64,000 nucleotides of DNA, taken from positions 74,772,001-74,836,000 of the forward strand of contig OX597819.1 in assembly GCA_951406725.2 (NCBI GenBank). Reading direction: 5' to 3'. A program made the translations under genes and the position numbers. The notes beneath the pieces were generated by a model. That model was not told where the DNA came from. It saw only the letters and a program-made list of their open reading frames with translations, and made no database searches. How positions within the stretch are numbered: position 1 is the first letter of the stretch; each line of letters starts with the position of its first letter. This document shows, one piece after another, positions 13,077 to 26,729 of this stretch. Origin of the DNA: Octopus vulgaris. Taxonomy: Eukaryota.

Positions 13077-13716
13077 CAGGTGAGTAAATGTCTAAGTAAC
13101 GATCTGGAGATAAGCTGTTGTTTCAGAAAAAAAAAATCGACCAACTGATTTGCACATTACAAATACAATCTGTCAGTGGAACAATAAAAATATGCAAGAC
13201 TTTTCTCAAGTTTAAAATTTGACATTGTTTTCTACTTTCCAGCAATGGAGTTTTGTATCTTTGTTAGAAACCAGCTTCTTTCTCAAAGGAAGAACTTGAA
13301 TAATTAAAAACATAAGAGAATGTTTGCAGAAACAGGTACAGCACCGAAATATGGCAGACATACCATAATTATATTTTGACTTTTATCAGATTTCTTGCTC
13401 CAAACACAAAATGATGAAATGAATTCTAATTTTCAAAAAAGAAAAAATATCTATTACCTTAAAATATTTTCAAATAAAACAAATTTCTCATATAATTCCT
13501 GCCATAACCACACTCTCATTTCCTCCTCCTCCTCCTACTACTACTACTACTTTTTCTCCACCTTCTCTTACTTTGTCTCTGACTGTAAGTGTGTGTGTAA
13601 AACATTCCTTTACTCATTGCCTTCCACCAAGCCTAGTGTGTGCACTCGTCTTGCACCTCGTGTTGTAACTTTCTTAATATCGCTCTTTTACTCTCTCTCT
13701 CTCTCCCTCTGTCTGT

Positions 13717-13764
<48 letters not shown>

Positions 13765-14127
13765 TTCCATACAATATAAAGCTTCCCTGAATGAACCAAC
13801 ATGTATATCTATCTGTGTGTGTGTACTCCTCCCCCTGCATCCCCATGCGCAACTGCCTATTGTTCTCTCTGTCTTTTAGTTTTCTGAATGATTTTCGAAC
13901 AATGTATATATATATATATTGCCCCAGCATGGCCAGAGTCTAATGACTGAAACAGGTAAAAGATAAAAGATAAAAAAGATAACTATATATTCTTTTATTT
14001 TTTTTTTACTTGTTTCAGTCATTTAACGGTCATACTGGAGCACCGCTTTGAAAACATGTTTCGATGCCAGAAATTGAACACTGGCTGCCTGGGTGAAAGC
14101 CAAGAACACACACATGCACACACACAT

Positions 14128-14176
<49 letters not shown>

Positions 14177-15170
14177 CATGCACAGACGCATGCATGCACA
14201 GACGCATGCATGCACACCTCTCATCGTCAACATCATCATCACTATCATCGTCACGACCATTGTCACCACCACAACCACCGCCGCAGCCATTCTCATTCTC
14301 CTTCTCATGATCTCCCTCGTTTCTCTCACCCTTCACTGATAAAGGGGTCAAAACTATCAAAGAGCTGAAATCAGTGTTCGCAACAGCAGCAGTGTCAGCA
14401 GCAGTGAAATGAAATCCTGCAGTTAACGTTAATTGGGAGATTGACTGTCAGATGTGAGAACATCAACGAAATACAGAATTAATTACTGCTGTTTAGCCCT
14501 AGGTCAATCTTCGTTGAGCAGGTATATGATCAAAGACATTCTAGGCATGACCACCCCATCTTTTCATTGTTAGGGTTTACACTGTCCAAAGCAACCCTTT
14601 CTGTTCCCTTTTTCCTATTTTAGACTCCAGGTACATTCCATCATTTGTCCTGGGCAATAATGGTCTTCAAACTGATAAATACTAGTTCGCCCCACCCCAC
14701 TCTATCTGGAACATAATCATCTATATTTTTTTATCTTTTACTTCTTTCAGATTACCGCCATGCTGGGGCACCATCTTACAGGGGGAGGGGATTAGTCAAA
14801 CAAATCTAATCCAGTCCTTATTTTTTAAACTTGGGACTTATTCTATTGGTGTCTTTTGGTGAACAGCTATATTACGTGGACATAAATAAACCAGCACCAG
14901 TTGTTAGAGTATGGAGGGGAGTGTGACAAACACAGGTACATTGGGCTTCCACACAGTTTCTGTCCACCAAATGAATTCAGAAGGTATTGGTTGATCATGG
15001 GCAACAGCAGAAGACACTTGTCCAAGGTAGCTTACTGTGGAACCAAACCCGAAACCACGTGGTTTTAAAAGGAGAGACCCCTCTCCAATCCCTTCATCCC
15101 TCTCACCCCCAATTTTATCAATACAGTTCCAGATCCATGTAATTTTTCTTTCTCCACCATGGGGTAGGAG

Positions 15171-15357
15171 CAGGGCCAGCCCTAGGCAAATTGAACTTCA
15201 ATATGTACAAGCTGATGGTCGTGGAAATTTCCTTGTCTTTGTCATGCCCTCCTTGGCATTCCCTAGCACATGGCACCTCAAGTGACTACCCGGATTGTCA
15301 GTACCTTGAGCTGGCCCTTGCGACTACCCAGATTGCCAGTACCTTGAGCTGGCCCTT
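15171..15357. mobile_element. hAT-type MITE with duplicated right end
   Basis: TIRs cagggccagccctagg / ccttgagctggccctt; 8-bp TSD ggtaggag (15163-15170) / ggtaggat (15358-15365); 37-bp tandem duplication 15284-15320 / 15322-15358. Confidence 0.65.
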
Positions 15358-15453
15358 GGTAGGATAACTTTATAAAGTTTGAAAACTACTTTAATCATAT
15401 TAAATTTCACCTGTGTTTGTTTCAATCTTCATATGAGAAGCATTGCTCTAGAA

Positions 15454-16083
15454 CAGTGTCTCTCAACCCCTTTTGCACCTTTTTTGATTTCTGTTTTACT
15501 CACCTGGACCCTCAGAGCCATTCCATGTTTAAGAAATCCCATTATATGTTTATAATTAAATATTATTAGGAATTGTATTAAAAAAATTGTTAAAATATTT
15601 TGTATATTATACAAGTGTGGAGGTGCAATGGCCCAGTGGTTAGGGCAACAAACTCACAGTCATGGGATTGCAGTTTCTATTCCTGGACTGGACGCTGTGA
15701 GTGTTTATTGAGCAAAAACACTTAAATCTCCACAAGGCTCTGGCAGAGGGTGGTAGCGAACCCTGCTGTATTCTTTCACCACTACTTTCTCTCACTCTTT
15801 CTTCCTGTTTCTCTTGTACTTGTATTTCAATGGGCCAGCCTTGTCACATTCTGTGTCACGCTGAATCTCCCCGAGAACTATGTTAAGAGTACATGTGTCT
15901 GTGGAGTGCTCAGCCACTTGCACATTAATTTCACGAGCAAGTTGTTCCCTTGATCAGATCAACTGGAATCCTCGTCGTCATAACTAATGGAGTGCCACGA
16001 TTGTACAAGTATAACAAATTTATAAATTTTAACAACAAAATCTCATATTGACCCCTGACATGAACCCCAGCTGAGAACTATTG
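15454..16083. mobile_element. hAT (Charlie-like) MITE with a nested SINE
   Basis: Perfect 8-bp TSD CTCTAGAA (15446-15453, 16084-16091), matching the NTCTAGAN preference of Charlie elements; TIRs cagtgtctctcaac / gctgagaactattg. Confidence 0.8.
15617..15999 (+). mobile_element. tRNA-derived SINE family D, full length
   Basis: A-box-like head tggcccagtggttagggc; TSD attatacaagt (15606-15616) / attgtacaagt (16000-16010). Head also seen on the minus strand at ~45770-45940. Confidence 0.8.
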
Positions 16084-17075
16084 CTCTAGAATCAAGCATC
16101 TGATGTTGTTTTGATGTTGCTCTCTGAGAGAGAAGTCTTGTGACAAGAACTTTGCAAACGATGACCAGTGCAAATGGTCAAACGATGACCAGTGGAAGTG
16201 CACTCCTCCACACTTGCAGTTGTTGCTATGCAACCCCAGTGTGCAATCCCAACATGCAAACCCAGTCCAGCGACAATATTGGTATTAGAAAATTACTATT
16301 TTTAAATCTCACAATGAGAGATATTCAGCGACAGTACTTTGGAGTAAAGATTGTTTGCCAACCTAACATCTTACAATCATGAGTCCAACACCCTAACCCC
16401 TAAGCCACACACCTCCACTCACTCCCAATGGTTTTCCTACAGACCCTGACACCAATCAAGGGTATCTCTGCATCCCTGCAATCAGATGGAATGTCATCCC
16501 ATATGCTAATTAACCCATAGTTGGGGCCCTGACCAGTTCTGCTACTCTGGGTTAGGAGAGACCTAGGAAGAATAGTGGCTTAGAGGTGGCATCACATTCT
16601 TCAAAACCCTCGAAATCCCAAACGAGAGCCTCACTACCAGACTCAGTGTTTTAAGTCATACCCATAAATGCATACATTTATACATACATATACACAAACA
16701 GACACACACACACATTCATATATGTATCTGTGACTTTGTGTGTGTGTGTGTGTGTGTGTGTTCACAGGAACTTCTGTTTGTGTTTCGATACAGTTCCTAC
16801 AAGTCTGCACATGATCTTTCTGCATTCTGCTGCACAGCAACCAATCTGTTTAATTACTCACCTCCTTAACAACATTGCTTCCTACATTCCAACATACAGA
16901 CAGACAAATAGATATGTGTATACTAACATAGGTAAATACATATATACATACATACTTACATACTTACATGTATACATATATACGCAGATGCACACATATA
17001 TAATGCTTACAAACACACACAGACATACTTAGATATTAACATATGTATATAAATGTATGTATATATATATATATA

Positions 17076-17162
17076 TATTTGTCTGTCTGTCAGTTAGTCT
17101 GTCAGCCTGTCTATATATATGTATGTTGATTTGTATATATACCTTTATATATATATATTATA

Positions 17163-17261
<99 letters not shown>

Positions 17262-17346
17262 TAATATATATATATAAAGGTATATATACAAATCAACATA
17301 CATATATATAGACAGGCTGACAGACTAACTGACAGACAGACAAATA
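17076..17346. repeat. ~270-bp palindrome centred on a (TA)n tract
   Basis: Arms 17076-17168 and 17254-17346 are reverse complements apart from one indel. Confidence 0.9.
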
Positions 17347-17401
17347 GATACACTGATAAATACAGATATATATATTTGTGTATGTGTATGTATATATACT
17401 T

Positions 17402-17567
17402 AGGAGTGGCTGTGTGGTGAGTAGCTTGCTTACAAACCATATGGTTCTGAGTTCAGTCCCACTGTGTGACACCTTGGGCAAGTGTCTTCTACTATAGCCT
17501 CGGGCCAACCAAAGCCTTGTGAGTGGATTTGGTAGATGGAAACTGAAAGAAGTCTGTCGTATATATG

Positions 17568-17600
<33 letters not shown>

Positions 17601-17816
17601 ATATGTTTGTGTGTCTGTGTTTGTCCCCCCCACATCGCTTGACAACCAATGCTGGGGTGTTTACATCCCCGTAACCTAGCAGTTCGAAAAAAGAGACCGA
17701 TAGAATAAGTACTAGGCTTACAAAGAATAAGTCCTGGGGTCAATTTGCTCAACTAAAAGCAGTGCTCCAGCATGGCCACAGTCAAATGACTGAAACAAGT
17801 AAAAGAGTAAAAGAGT
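17402..17816 (+). mobile_element. SINE family A, full length
   Basis: Head aggagtggctgtgtggtgag...gttcagtcccactg; tail gactgaaacaagtaaaagagtaaaagag. Confidence 0.9.
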
Positions 17817-17859
17817 ATATGCAAGTGTATATGTGTAGACACACACACACACATACACT

Positions 17860-18059
17860 AGATAAATGTTTTGGCCAAAACTTGGTCCATGCCAAATCAA
17901 ACTTAATAGTAACCCCTGAGATGATCTGTTGAGTCATTTTAAAGTTAAGCAGGGATTTGTTTTTGAGTGAAGTGTATCGAGGAAGAGGTGCCTCATTGGG
18001 TCTCCCTGCAAGAAATTGCTCCAGGTTGCGTTTGAAGCTTTTGGCATCTTCTTCTTTGA

Positions 18060-18060
<1 letters not shown>
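17860..18060 (-). mobile_element. CR1/L2-group LINE 3' remnant
   Basis: KSFKRNLEQFLAGRPNEAPLPRYTSLKNKSLL resembles the FK..LD.FL..IPDEP..PGY...NSL C-terminus of CR1-group ORF2. Confidence 0.5.
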
Positions 18061-18110
<50 letters not shown>

Positions 18111-18216
18111 ATATATGCCTGTCTACATACATGCACATGCTCATACATACATACATACATACATACATACATACATACATACATACATACATACGTACAT
18201 ACCTATGTACATGCAT

Positions 18217-18435
18217 TCTCAAAACCAGAATGGAGAACCCTAATTCAAAGACTACAGATCCAATCCATCACTGGAACTGTAAAAATCTGTAAAACTTTCC
18301 AGAAAGTTTATCATTTAAATATATATATGAGCATGTCTAGATATGGGAGTATATGCATGAGATGACATACATAAAACAAAACATACAAACCTGCACACAT
18401 ACATACATACATACATACATACATACATACATACA

Positions 18436-18469
<34 letters not shown>

Positions 18470-18625
18470 CATACATAGCACATACATACAAACGAAGAAA
18501 AATACCCTGTTGTTTATGTTGAAATTCCAATGAAGGAGCCTTGGATCTAGGTTAGTAACCAGATCTTTCTCTATTGGCAAGAAATCTTGAAATAAAACTG
18601 AATAATGATATACATACATGCATAC
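18217..18625 (+). mobile_element. 3' end of an R4/Dong-like RLE LINE
   Basis: SKPEWRTLIQRLQIQSITGTVKICKTFQK, homologous to 57060-57162, followed by a UTR with internal (CATA)n; the terminal ~130 bp recurs at ~20195-20325. Confidence 0.6.
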
Positions 18626-18741
18626 ATATATACATACATATGTACATACGTATATAGATAGAAAAAATACATAGAGACATATATACATACGTATGTACAT
18701 ACATACATACGTACATACATACATACATACATACATACATA

Positions 18742-19523
18742 CAGGGTAGTCTGTAAGTCTTTACCCGTCTATATGTCAGGAATATTGAGGATACACCTCG
18801 CTGACGGACCAGTAGACCATACCTCATATCTAAACATGTTACAACAGTGGTTTATACCAAAACTCGATGAATTTGGAATCAAGAGAGGAAATTCGGTTTC
18901 AGCAAGATGACACTCTGGCTCATTACGCTCTCACTATGTGAGATTATCTTAGCGACAATTCTGCAGACAAATGGATAGTTTGCAATTCTGTAACATCCCT
19001 GACGCCCCTGAAATGACATGCATGACATCCGGACATGACAACATGTGATAACTCCCTTTGGGGATACATAAATGACATTGTTTCTAAACAATGTTATAAT
19101 TCCAATGATGAATTGAAGGTGTAGTGGTCTTGCTAACTCTTCGCTTCTTGGTCGATTAGACTTAGAGCCATTCACATCATTGCTATGTCCATCTATTTCT
19201 CTATGCCACATGACTGAAAGCCACCTCTTAGCTGTTATTTCTATATTTCCTATCTCTGAACTTTCTTGCATAGATTGCTTCAATCAACAAAATTCTACAT
19301 TTCGATTCTAGGTATCATCAGCAACCAGTAAATAAAATATATTTTTATGTTGTAAATAGGAGTGGCTGTGTGGTAAGTAGCTTGCTAACCAACCACATGG
19401 TTCCGGGTTCAGTCCCACTGCATGGCATCTTGGACAAGTGTCTTCTGATATAGCCCTGGGCCGACCAATGCCTTGTGAGTGGATTTGGTAGATGGAAACT
19501 GAAAGAAGCCCATCGTATATATG

Positions 19524-19554
<31 letters not shown>

Positions 19555-20018
19555 CTGTGTTTGTCCCCCTAGCATTGCTTGACAACCGATGCTGGTGTGT
19601 TTATGTTCCCGTCACTTAGCAGTTCGGCAAAAGAGACCGATAGAATAAGTACTGGGCTTACAAAGAATAAGTCCCGGGGTCAATTTGCTCGACTAAAGGC
19701 GGTGCTCCAGCATGGCCGCAGTCAAATGACTGAAACAAGTAAAAAAAAATATATAGTTGTTGAATGTATTCTTCATCTCTGTATGAACTCTTGTAATAAT
19801 ATACATGCAGCTATGTCAACACCAGGTACTGAATATATATCCCCATTACAAAGGCAGCTGTTACCATGGCATTTGGAACAATAACTGCTGCTACATCGAG
19901 GGAAATATCTCACAGAATATGGCATCGTACAATATTACGCAACGAGAAGGAGGGATAGCACACAGATACACTGGATACGTAAGATATATGGATGGGTGGG
20001 GACTTACAGGCCACCCGG
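18742..20018 (+). mobile_element. Internally deleted IS630-Tc1-mariner DNA transposon, interrupted by a SINE
   Basis: TA TSDs (18740-41, 20019-20); TIRs cagggtagtctgtaagtc / gacttacaggccacccgg. Transposase relics YLNMLQQWFIPKLDEFGI..RFQQDDTLAHYAL (~18830-18950) and KAAVTMAFGTIT..HRIWHRTIL..HTDTLDT* (~19850-19980). Confidence 0.75.
19358..19745 (+). mobile_element. SINE family A
   Basis: Near-consensus copy nested in the Tc1/mariner relic. Confidence 0.9.
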
Positions 20019-20689
20019 TACATACATATGTACATACATACATTCATACATTCATACATACATACAAACATACATACGTATATACATACATGCATACATA
20101 CATACATACATACATACATACATACATACATACATACATACATACATACATACATACATACATACATACGTACATACGTACATACATACATTCTAACAAA
20201 AAAAAGTACCCTGTTGTTGATATTGAAATTCCAATGGAGGAGCCTTAAATCTAGGTTAGAAACCGGCTCTTTCTCTATTGGCAAGAAATCTTGAAATAAA
20301 CTGAATAATGACATACATACATGCATAAAAAGAACCCCTTCAGTCATGAATGACCATGGGATTGCACCTAGAAAGTTACCCTCCAAGGCACAAGACCTTG
20401 CAAGGTTGTTTATGGAAGACCAGTAGTCACCCATGCATACCAGCCTCCCCTCTCCCCATCACCAGTGTTATCCAAGGGAAAGGCAAAGGGGCCAATACAA
20501 TTTGACACCAGTGATGTTGCAACTCATTTCTACAGCTGAGTGAACTGGAGCAACACGAAATAAAATGTCTTGCTCGAGAACACAACACGCAGCCCAGTCC
20601 AGCAATTGAACTCCCTACCTCTTGATTGTGAGCCCGATGTTCTAACCACCGAGCCATACATACAAATGTGCATACACAAACACAGCTTT

Positions 20690-20928
20690 TACTCTCTGAG
20701 GAAATCTACAAGTATCTTGGACAGGATGAGTGTCTCAGCTCCAATGGATTCATCAACAGAGAAAGAACAAAAATTGAGAAGGCTTTTTAAAATATGATCC
20801 TCTGAACTCTCAGCTTAAAACAGGCATATTGCCCACCTCTTTGCAATGCCTTAGCCACACCCATATTTAGCCTTCAGGATTGGTCCCTGCAAGAAATCTG
20901 TGGGACAGATGCTTGAACTCACAAGCAA
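20690..20928 (+). mobile_element. R4/Dong-like RT C-terminal fragment
   Basis: EIYKYLGQDE...KI*SSELSA*N..IAH..FAMP..TPIF...DWSLQEI matches the post-RT region of R4-clade LINEs. Confidence 0.55.
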
Positions 20929-21026
20929 AGTCAACTTCAGTGGAATTTGAACCTAGAACATGAAGACGGACGGAATATAGCTAAGCATTTCACCCGCCAT
21001 GCTAACAATTCTGCCAGCTCACCCCC

Positions 21027-21084
<58 letters not shown>

Positions 21085-21101
21085 TAATAATAATGATGAT
21101 G

Positions 21102-21179
<78 letters not shown>

Positions 21180-21180
21180 G
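21027..21180. repeat. (AAT)n/(GAT)n microsatellite
   Basis: Direct reading. Confidence 0.95.
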
Positions 21181-21530
21181 TTGATTTGTCTAGTCACGCT
21201 TTACATCATGTAGATCGAGAGAAGAGAGCGATTGACAGAGGATATGGAGAAAATTAACATAAGTGATGCAGGATGTGTGCACATACTAGGTTTGATGGCA
21301 GGCAATGAGAAAAGGAACTCTATACACACAGACAGAGTGAAGGAGAAAGGGCTGCAGACAGAGGTGGAGAAGGAGACAACGGGGTATGTGTGTGTGTGTG
21401 TTTATATATATATGTGTGTATGTATAAATGTTTGTATGTAAATGTATATAATACATATATGACTGTGTGTATATGTATGTATACATATATACATGTACAT
21501 ACATATATATATACACACACGCATACATAT

Positions 21531-21614
<84 letters not shown>

Positions 21615-21846
21615 AGAAGAGGGTATGAGCTTCCATAATATAAAATCCACATGGAGAATAATTTTGTTTTCAATTTTTGTTTAAACTTTTTGAATATTTA
21701 ATTTTATTTTAAGGTAATAATAATTTTTTTTCAAAATTAGTATACAATTCATCATTTCACATATATATGTATGTGTGTGTCTGTATATATATGTGTGTAT
21801 GTGCATATATATATATATACATGCACACACATATATATATATACAA

Positions 21847-22215
21847 AGCACCCACTACACTTTGGGAATGGTTGGTGTTAGGAAGGGCATTCAGCTGTAG
21901 AAACACTGCCAAATCAGACTGGAGCCTGGTGCAGCATCCTGGCTTCCCAGACCCCAGTCAAACCGTCCAACCCATGCCAGCATGAAAAACGGACGTTAAA
22001 CGATGGTGATGAGGATGATATACATATATATGTGTATGTGTTATGCGTGTGTATCATCATCATCATCATCGTTTAACGTCCGTTCTCCATGCTAGCATGG
22101 GTTGGACGGTTCGACCGGGGATCTGGGAAGCCAGAAGGCTGCACCAGGCTCCAGTCTTATCTGGCAATGTTTCTACAGCTGGATGCCCTTCCTAACGCCA
22201 ACCACTCCGTGAGTT
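21847..22215. mobile_element. Tail-to-tail pair of RTE 3'-end fragments (family C)
   Basis: 21847-22018 (+) and ~22053-22215 (-) both match the RTE 3' UTR at 37870-38030 and end in (GAT)n. Confidence 0.8.
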
Positions 22216-23650
22216 ATTGGCGTTATATATAAATAATTGAGATTCAGTTGAATTATGCCAAACTATAAACTGTCAACTCACTCTTTCTATCCATTCTAAA
22301 CAGACACTGTCCTCTAGACTTTGATTTGGTAGTTGATAAAAAAAGACCAATAAATTAAAAGTGAACCACAATCCTTTACAAGCTATGACCCTAACAAACT
22401 TCATACAGTTCTTAGAAGTGTAGTATATTCTGAGTCACATTAGTAGCAACATGGACTTTCTCCCTCTTCTTGCTCTATTAGAGAATCTGAGTAAAATTAT
22501 ATTAATGTGTCCAACTGATTAAAAAATTCTATTTGTTTATGCAGCTGAGAATAGCCCTGCTTTTAAATTGATGTAATGAATTAGATTAGACCTAAGGGTA
22601 TCATGTGTACCTAGGGTCACTTGTACATTTAAATATTTTTGAAATTAGCATTTACAGGTGCTGCACTTGAACCTGGACAGGAGAAATTAATTTTAGTGTT
22701 GTATATGATGTGAACTTACCCACTAGTATGTTATATATATTTTCTTACTATTCTCTATATAATTTCTTATTATTTTGTTTTTTTCATTTTAATATCTTTA
22801 CTTATTAACTTCTTATCCGTTATAAGTTGTTACTGTTCTGAAATAGAGATATAGACTTTCTAGTTACTTAAGTCTAGAAGAGTTGATTATAACATACCCA
22901 TAATAAAGTACAAATATTTTTTATTCGCTCTCTGTTTATTTTCTCTTATTCCTTCCTGTTGAAGAGCAGAGGCTCGAAGCATAAAATACTTTCTCACTTT
23001 CCTGGATGTCAAACTAATACACTTGCTTGTTGTTGATACACTTGTCTTCGTCTTTTGTTTTCCTATAACTTTCAACTATATATATATATATATGTATCTA
23101 TGTATATATATATATATATATATGTTAATAAAATATATGCATATATATAAACATATATGTACGTACCTACCTCTACATGTACATATACACGCATATATGT
23201 GTACAGGACACCAAAAGGACGTCGAACACATAGAGAGACGAAAAACATAGACACAAACCAAGGAACAAGACAAGCAAAAAAAGGAGATACAGGACAATAA
23301 GCACAACGAAAAATCCCCTTCTTCAGTCGCTAAAGTTTCATCTACTAAACGTTTCGAAGGATAAAAGCGAGACGTATACTTCGAATGAAAAATTCCTTCC
23401 CGCGAAAAGCAAATCAAATAAAAATTCTGAGATCTTGTCGCAGAGGGGTAAAAAAAGCAAGACAGTAACGACAGTACAAACATATAAACAGTAAAAAATA
23501 TATATATAAACAGTGGAAAAATAAATATATAACCGTGAGAGACAGGACAAGGAGAACAAGATAAGAAGGGCTGTTAACGCCAGACGAAAAAAGTATTGCA
23601 AACGCTGGATTATAGTGGACGACGAGAGAGGAAGATGTCGACCAGTGGCC

Positions 23651-23706
<56 letters not shown>

Positions 23707-24905
23707 TATTTGTATTTGACAAGTTCTAGAGAGGAATGAAAGTGCTAATCATAATGAAGAAATAAAAGGATCTTTTTCCAAAATTTAATGCCAAGATATT
23801 AATCTTTAATTGCAATACACATTGATTTTCAGTACTAAATTCACATTTTTTATAATAAACTGGGAACTACTTTTTCCATTTAACGATTAATAATAATTAG
23901 TAGCTGTCCACGCAGAAAGCACGTCTTTGATATTGCGCATGCATATGCGAATGGGTAGTCATTTGTGTGTGAGCGTGTGTGAGCGTGTGTGTGTGTGTAT
24001 TTGTGTATGTGTGGATGTGCGTGCGTGTGTAAGTCCTTTCAACTCTCTGTTTTTATTTCTTCCTTTCTTTCTGTATTTATTTATTTTTCTTAACCAATTT
24101 CACTCTGTCTTACCTGACTTTAATTATCTTAATTACATTTATAAATGACTTTCCGTTGAAAATTACCCACCACTCTTTTTCTTCTCTCTCTCTTTCTCTC
24201 TCACTTACTTTTTTCTTGTTCTGTTTTTTGTTTTTTCTTTGTTTTACACATTCGTTGTGTATCATACGATGTTTAAAGCTGATGTCTTTCGTTTTGTTTT
24301 TCCTTTTATCTCTTGTTTCTTTTTTCTTTTACCCAAAGCCTTCAATTGTTATTATTTCCTTGCGTTTGTATTTTTATGTAGTAAATATTTCACTGCAGTC
24401 ATGACACGCTGCTGATGCAAATGCAAGCCCACAGATATACAGTTTCATTTCATTAACGATCATACCTACGCCACTAACCTTCAGGTAAATTTACGAGAAT
24501 ACCATTTCTTTTATCAGTGAAACCTGCCCCAAAATGTGTCTGCTTCATCATTTTTTTTTTTTAACCAATCAACGATTTAGACCAGATTTAATGAGCGCTA
24601 ATGAGCTACTAGTTGCTAACAGTAGAGAATATTAGCAACGGGCATTGTTATCAGCCATGCAGCTCAGCTGGGTGGTACCAAGTCACGTGACAACCATGAC
24701 ACCATCAGTCAAAGAGTTTCTGACAATCCTTTGTAGATGCAGTCACCACAGCAAATACAGCAGTAATTGATTACAGAAAGTCTATGAAATATCAGGCATG
24801 GCAATGATGGGTAGCAAACCCGTTAACAAATGCAACAGACTAGTTATGAAATCATCAACAGATACAACTTTTGTCAGACAACCCAGATAATACCAAATGG
24901 AACTA

Positions 24906-25195
24906 AAGTAATCCCTCGACTATCACAGGTGTTACTTTCCAAAATCCCCCGCGATAGGTGAAAATCTGCAAAGTAGAAACAGTACTGTGTTGTATACTAT
25001 TTTTTTTATTTAATTCTATAATTTACTCTCTTTTACTTGTTTCAGTCATTTGACTGTGGCCATGCTGGAGCACCGCCTTTTATAATTTGTATATATTTAT
25101 TTTATTATACATGCAAAACAACACCACGGAAGAATTGACGTAATCTTAAATCATAAACTGCAATAGGTGAATCGCAATATGGCAAGGGATTACTC
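24906..25195. mobile_element. pogo/Tigger-like MITE
   Basis: TA-aagtaatccctcg ... gcaagggattactc-TA; a SINE-A tail fragment lies inside at ~25023-25080. Confidence 0.6.
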
Positions 25196-26729
25196 TAGCA
25201 GAGTTGTAGTGGCTAAGCTTAGACAAAAACTACCATGAACTCACCAAATTTTACAAACAAGTCAGATACCTAGGGAGAACCACCAATTGTTGCCCATATT
25301 TCACTTCTCTTTCTTTTTCAAAACTGCTGATGTTCGTTTATGTCACCAAGTAAAATATAGACAAGTAATAACCGGTGGGTATGTTTAAAAACTTTCATAA
25401 TTTAAGATTTCCGCAAATTCAACACTATTAGCTTCAACACCTGGCTGCAAAACCATTTTTAAATTATCAAGAGCCTAGGCTTTTCATAACCAAAATTTTC
25501 CAAATAAATCATAAACATTAGTGGAACATAATGATTTATATTGAAACATAATTAGAAAATAATAAAACCCTACAAACTTATTTAATTGTTTCTTACTTTG
25601 GCACACGGCCAGCAATTTTGAGAGGAGGGGCAAGTCAATTTCATGAACCCCAAACTGGACTGATACTTATTTTATGAACCTCAGAAGGATGAAAATCAAA
25701 GTTGACCTCAGTGGAATTTGAACTCAGAACATGAAGAGCCGAAAGAAACGCTGCTGAGCACTTTATTCGACATGCTAACAGTACTACCAGCTCAAAGCCT
25801 TCAGGCTTGTTTAAACAATCCTTTCTACTAAAAGCACAAGGCCAGTAATTTAGGGGAGAGGAGTAAGTCAATTACATTGACCCAAGTACATAACTGGTAC
25901 TTATCCATTCCGAAAGGATGAAAAATAAAGTTGGTCATGGCGGAATTTGAACTCAGAACATAAAGAAAGGCAACATGCTGCAAAGCATTTCGCCCACCAT
26001 ATCAACAATTCTTCCAGCTTCTATATATAGCTTCATACTCACATTGTACAGATGCCCATAGGTAGAATAAACTCTTCAATAAATTTGCTGAATACTGTAT
26101 TTTGGCATTCTTTTTGTGTCAAACCTTGAGAGTTATGTCTTGAGTACAGCATTACTAAGTTTGATTCTGAAAAGTGAAGCCTCGTATCATATTGGGATCA
26201 ATAGAGCTCATCACAGCTAAACAGATTTATCGATCAGCAGAGAAAATTCAAATAAAACCACTTTGATTGTTATCACAAATTTTAGTATTTTCTGATTGAA
26301 TTTACAATTCTCTATACTATTGATGGAGGTGGAGGTGGTGGTGAGGAGGAGGAGGAGGGGAAGGGGAGGAGGAGAAAGAGAGTGACGACGATGTCAATGT
26401 TGATGACGATTGTTTTGGTGAATATATTGTTCCATTGTTGAGCCCCAGCATGGCCATTGCTCAATAATTGAAAGTAGTAAACAAATGGGTGACTTGCAAG
26501 AGGTGGTGTGACTTCCTAGTCGTGACTGACTAACACCCGGAAGGATGAGGTGTTTGTTTCATGTAACCCGATCTATTCTGTGACTCTGACCGACATATTT
26601 CAACCTCAAAAGGCCAGTCCCCACCTTACTGCAAAAAGATCTCATCCACGATGAGAAATAACAGGTGCCTGCTGTCATTCGTAACCACATTGAAGAAGTG
26701 TTTCGTCTGCTTGCATGATCACTACTAAC

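Noticed and set aside
17402-17475. tRNA genes at SINE heads
   Set aside because: A/B-box-like motifs continue into SINE bodies, and no complete cloverleaf is evident.
18525-18570. Hammerhead-like motif in the R4-like 3' UTR
   Set aside because: The core (ccaatga) and cleavage triplet deviate too far, and there is no stem I.
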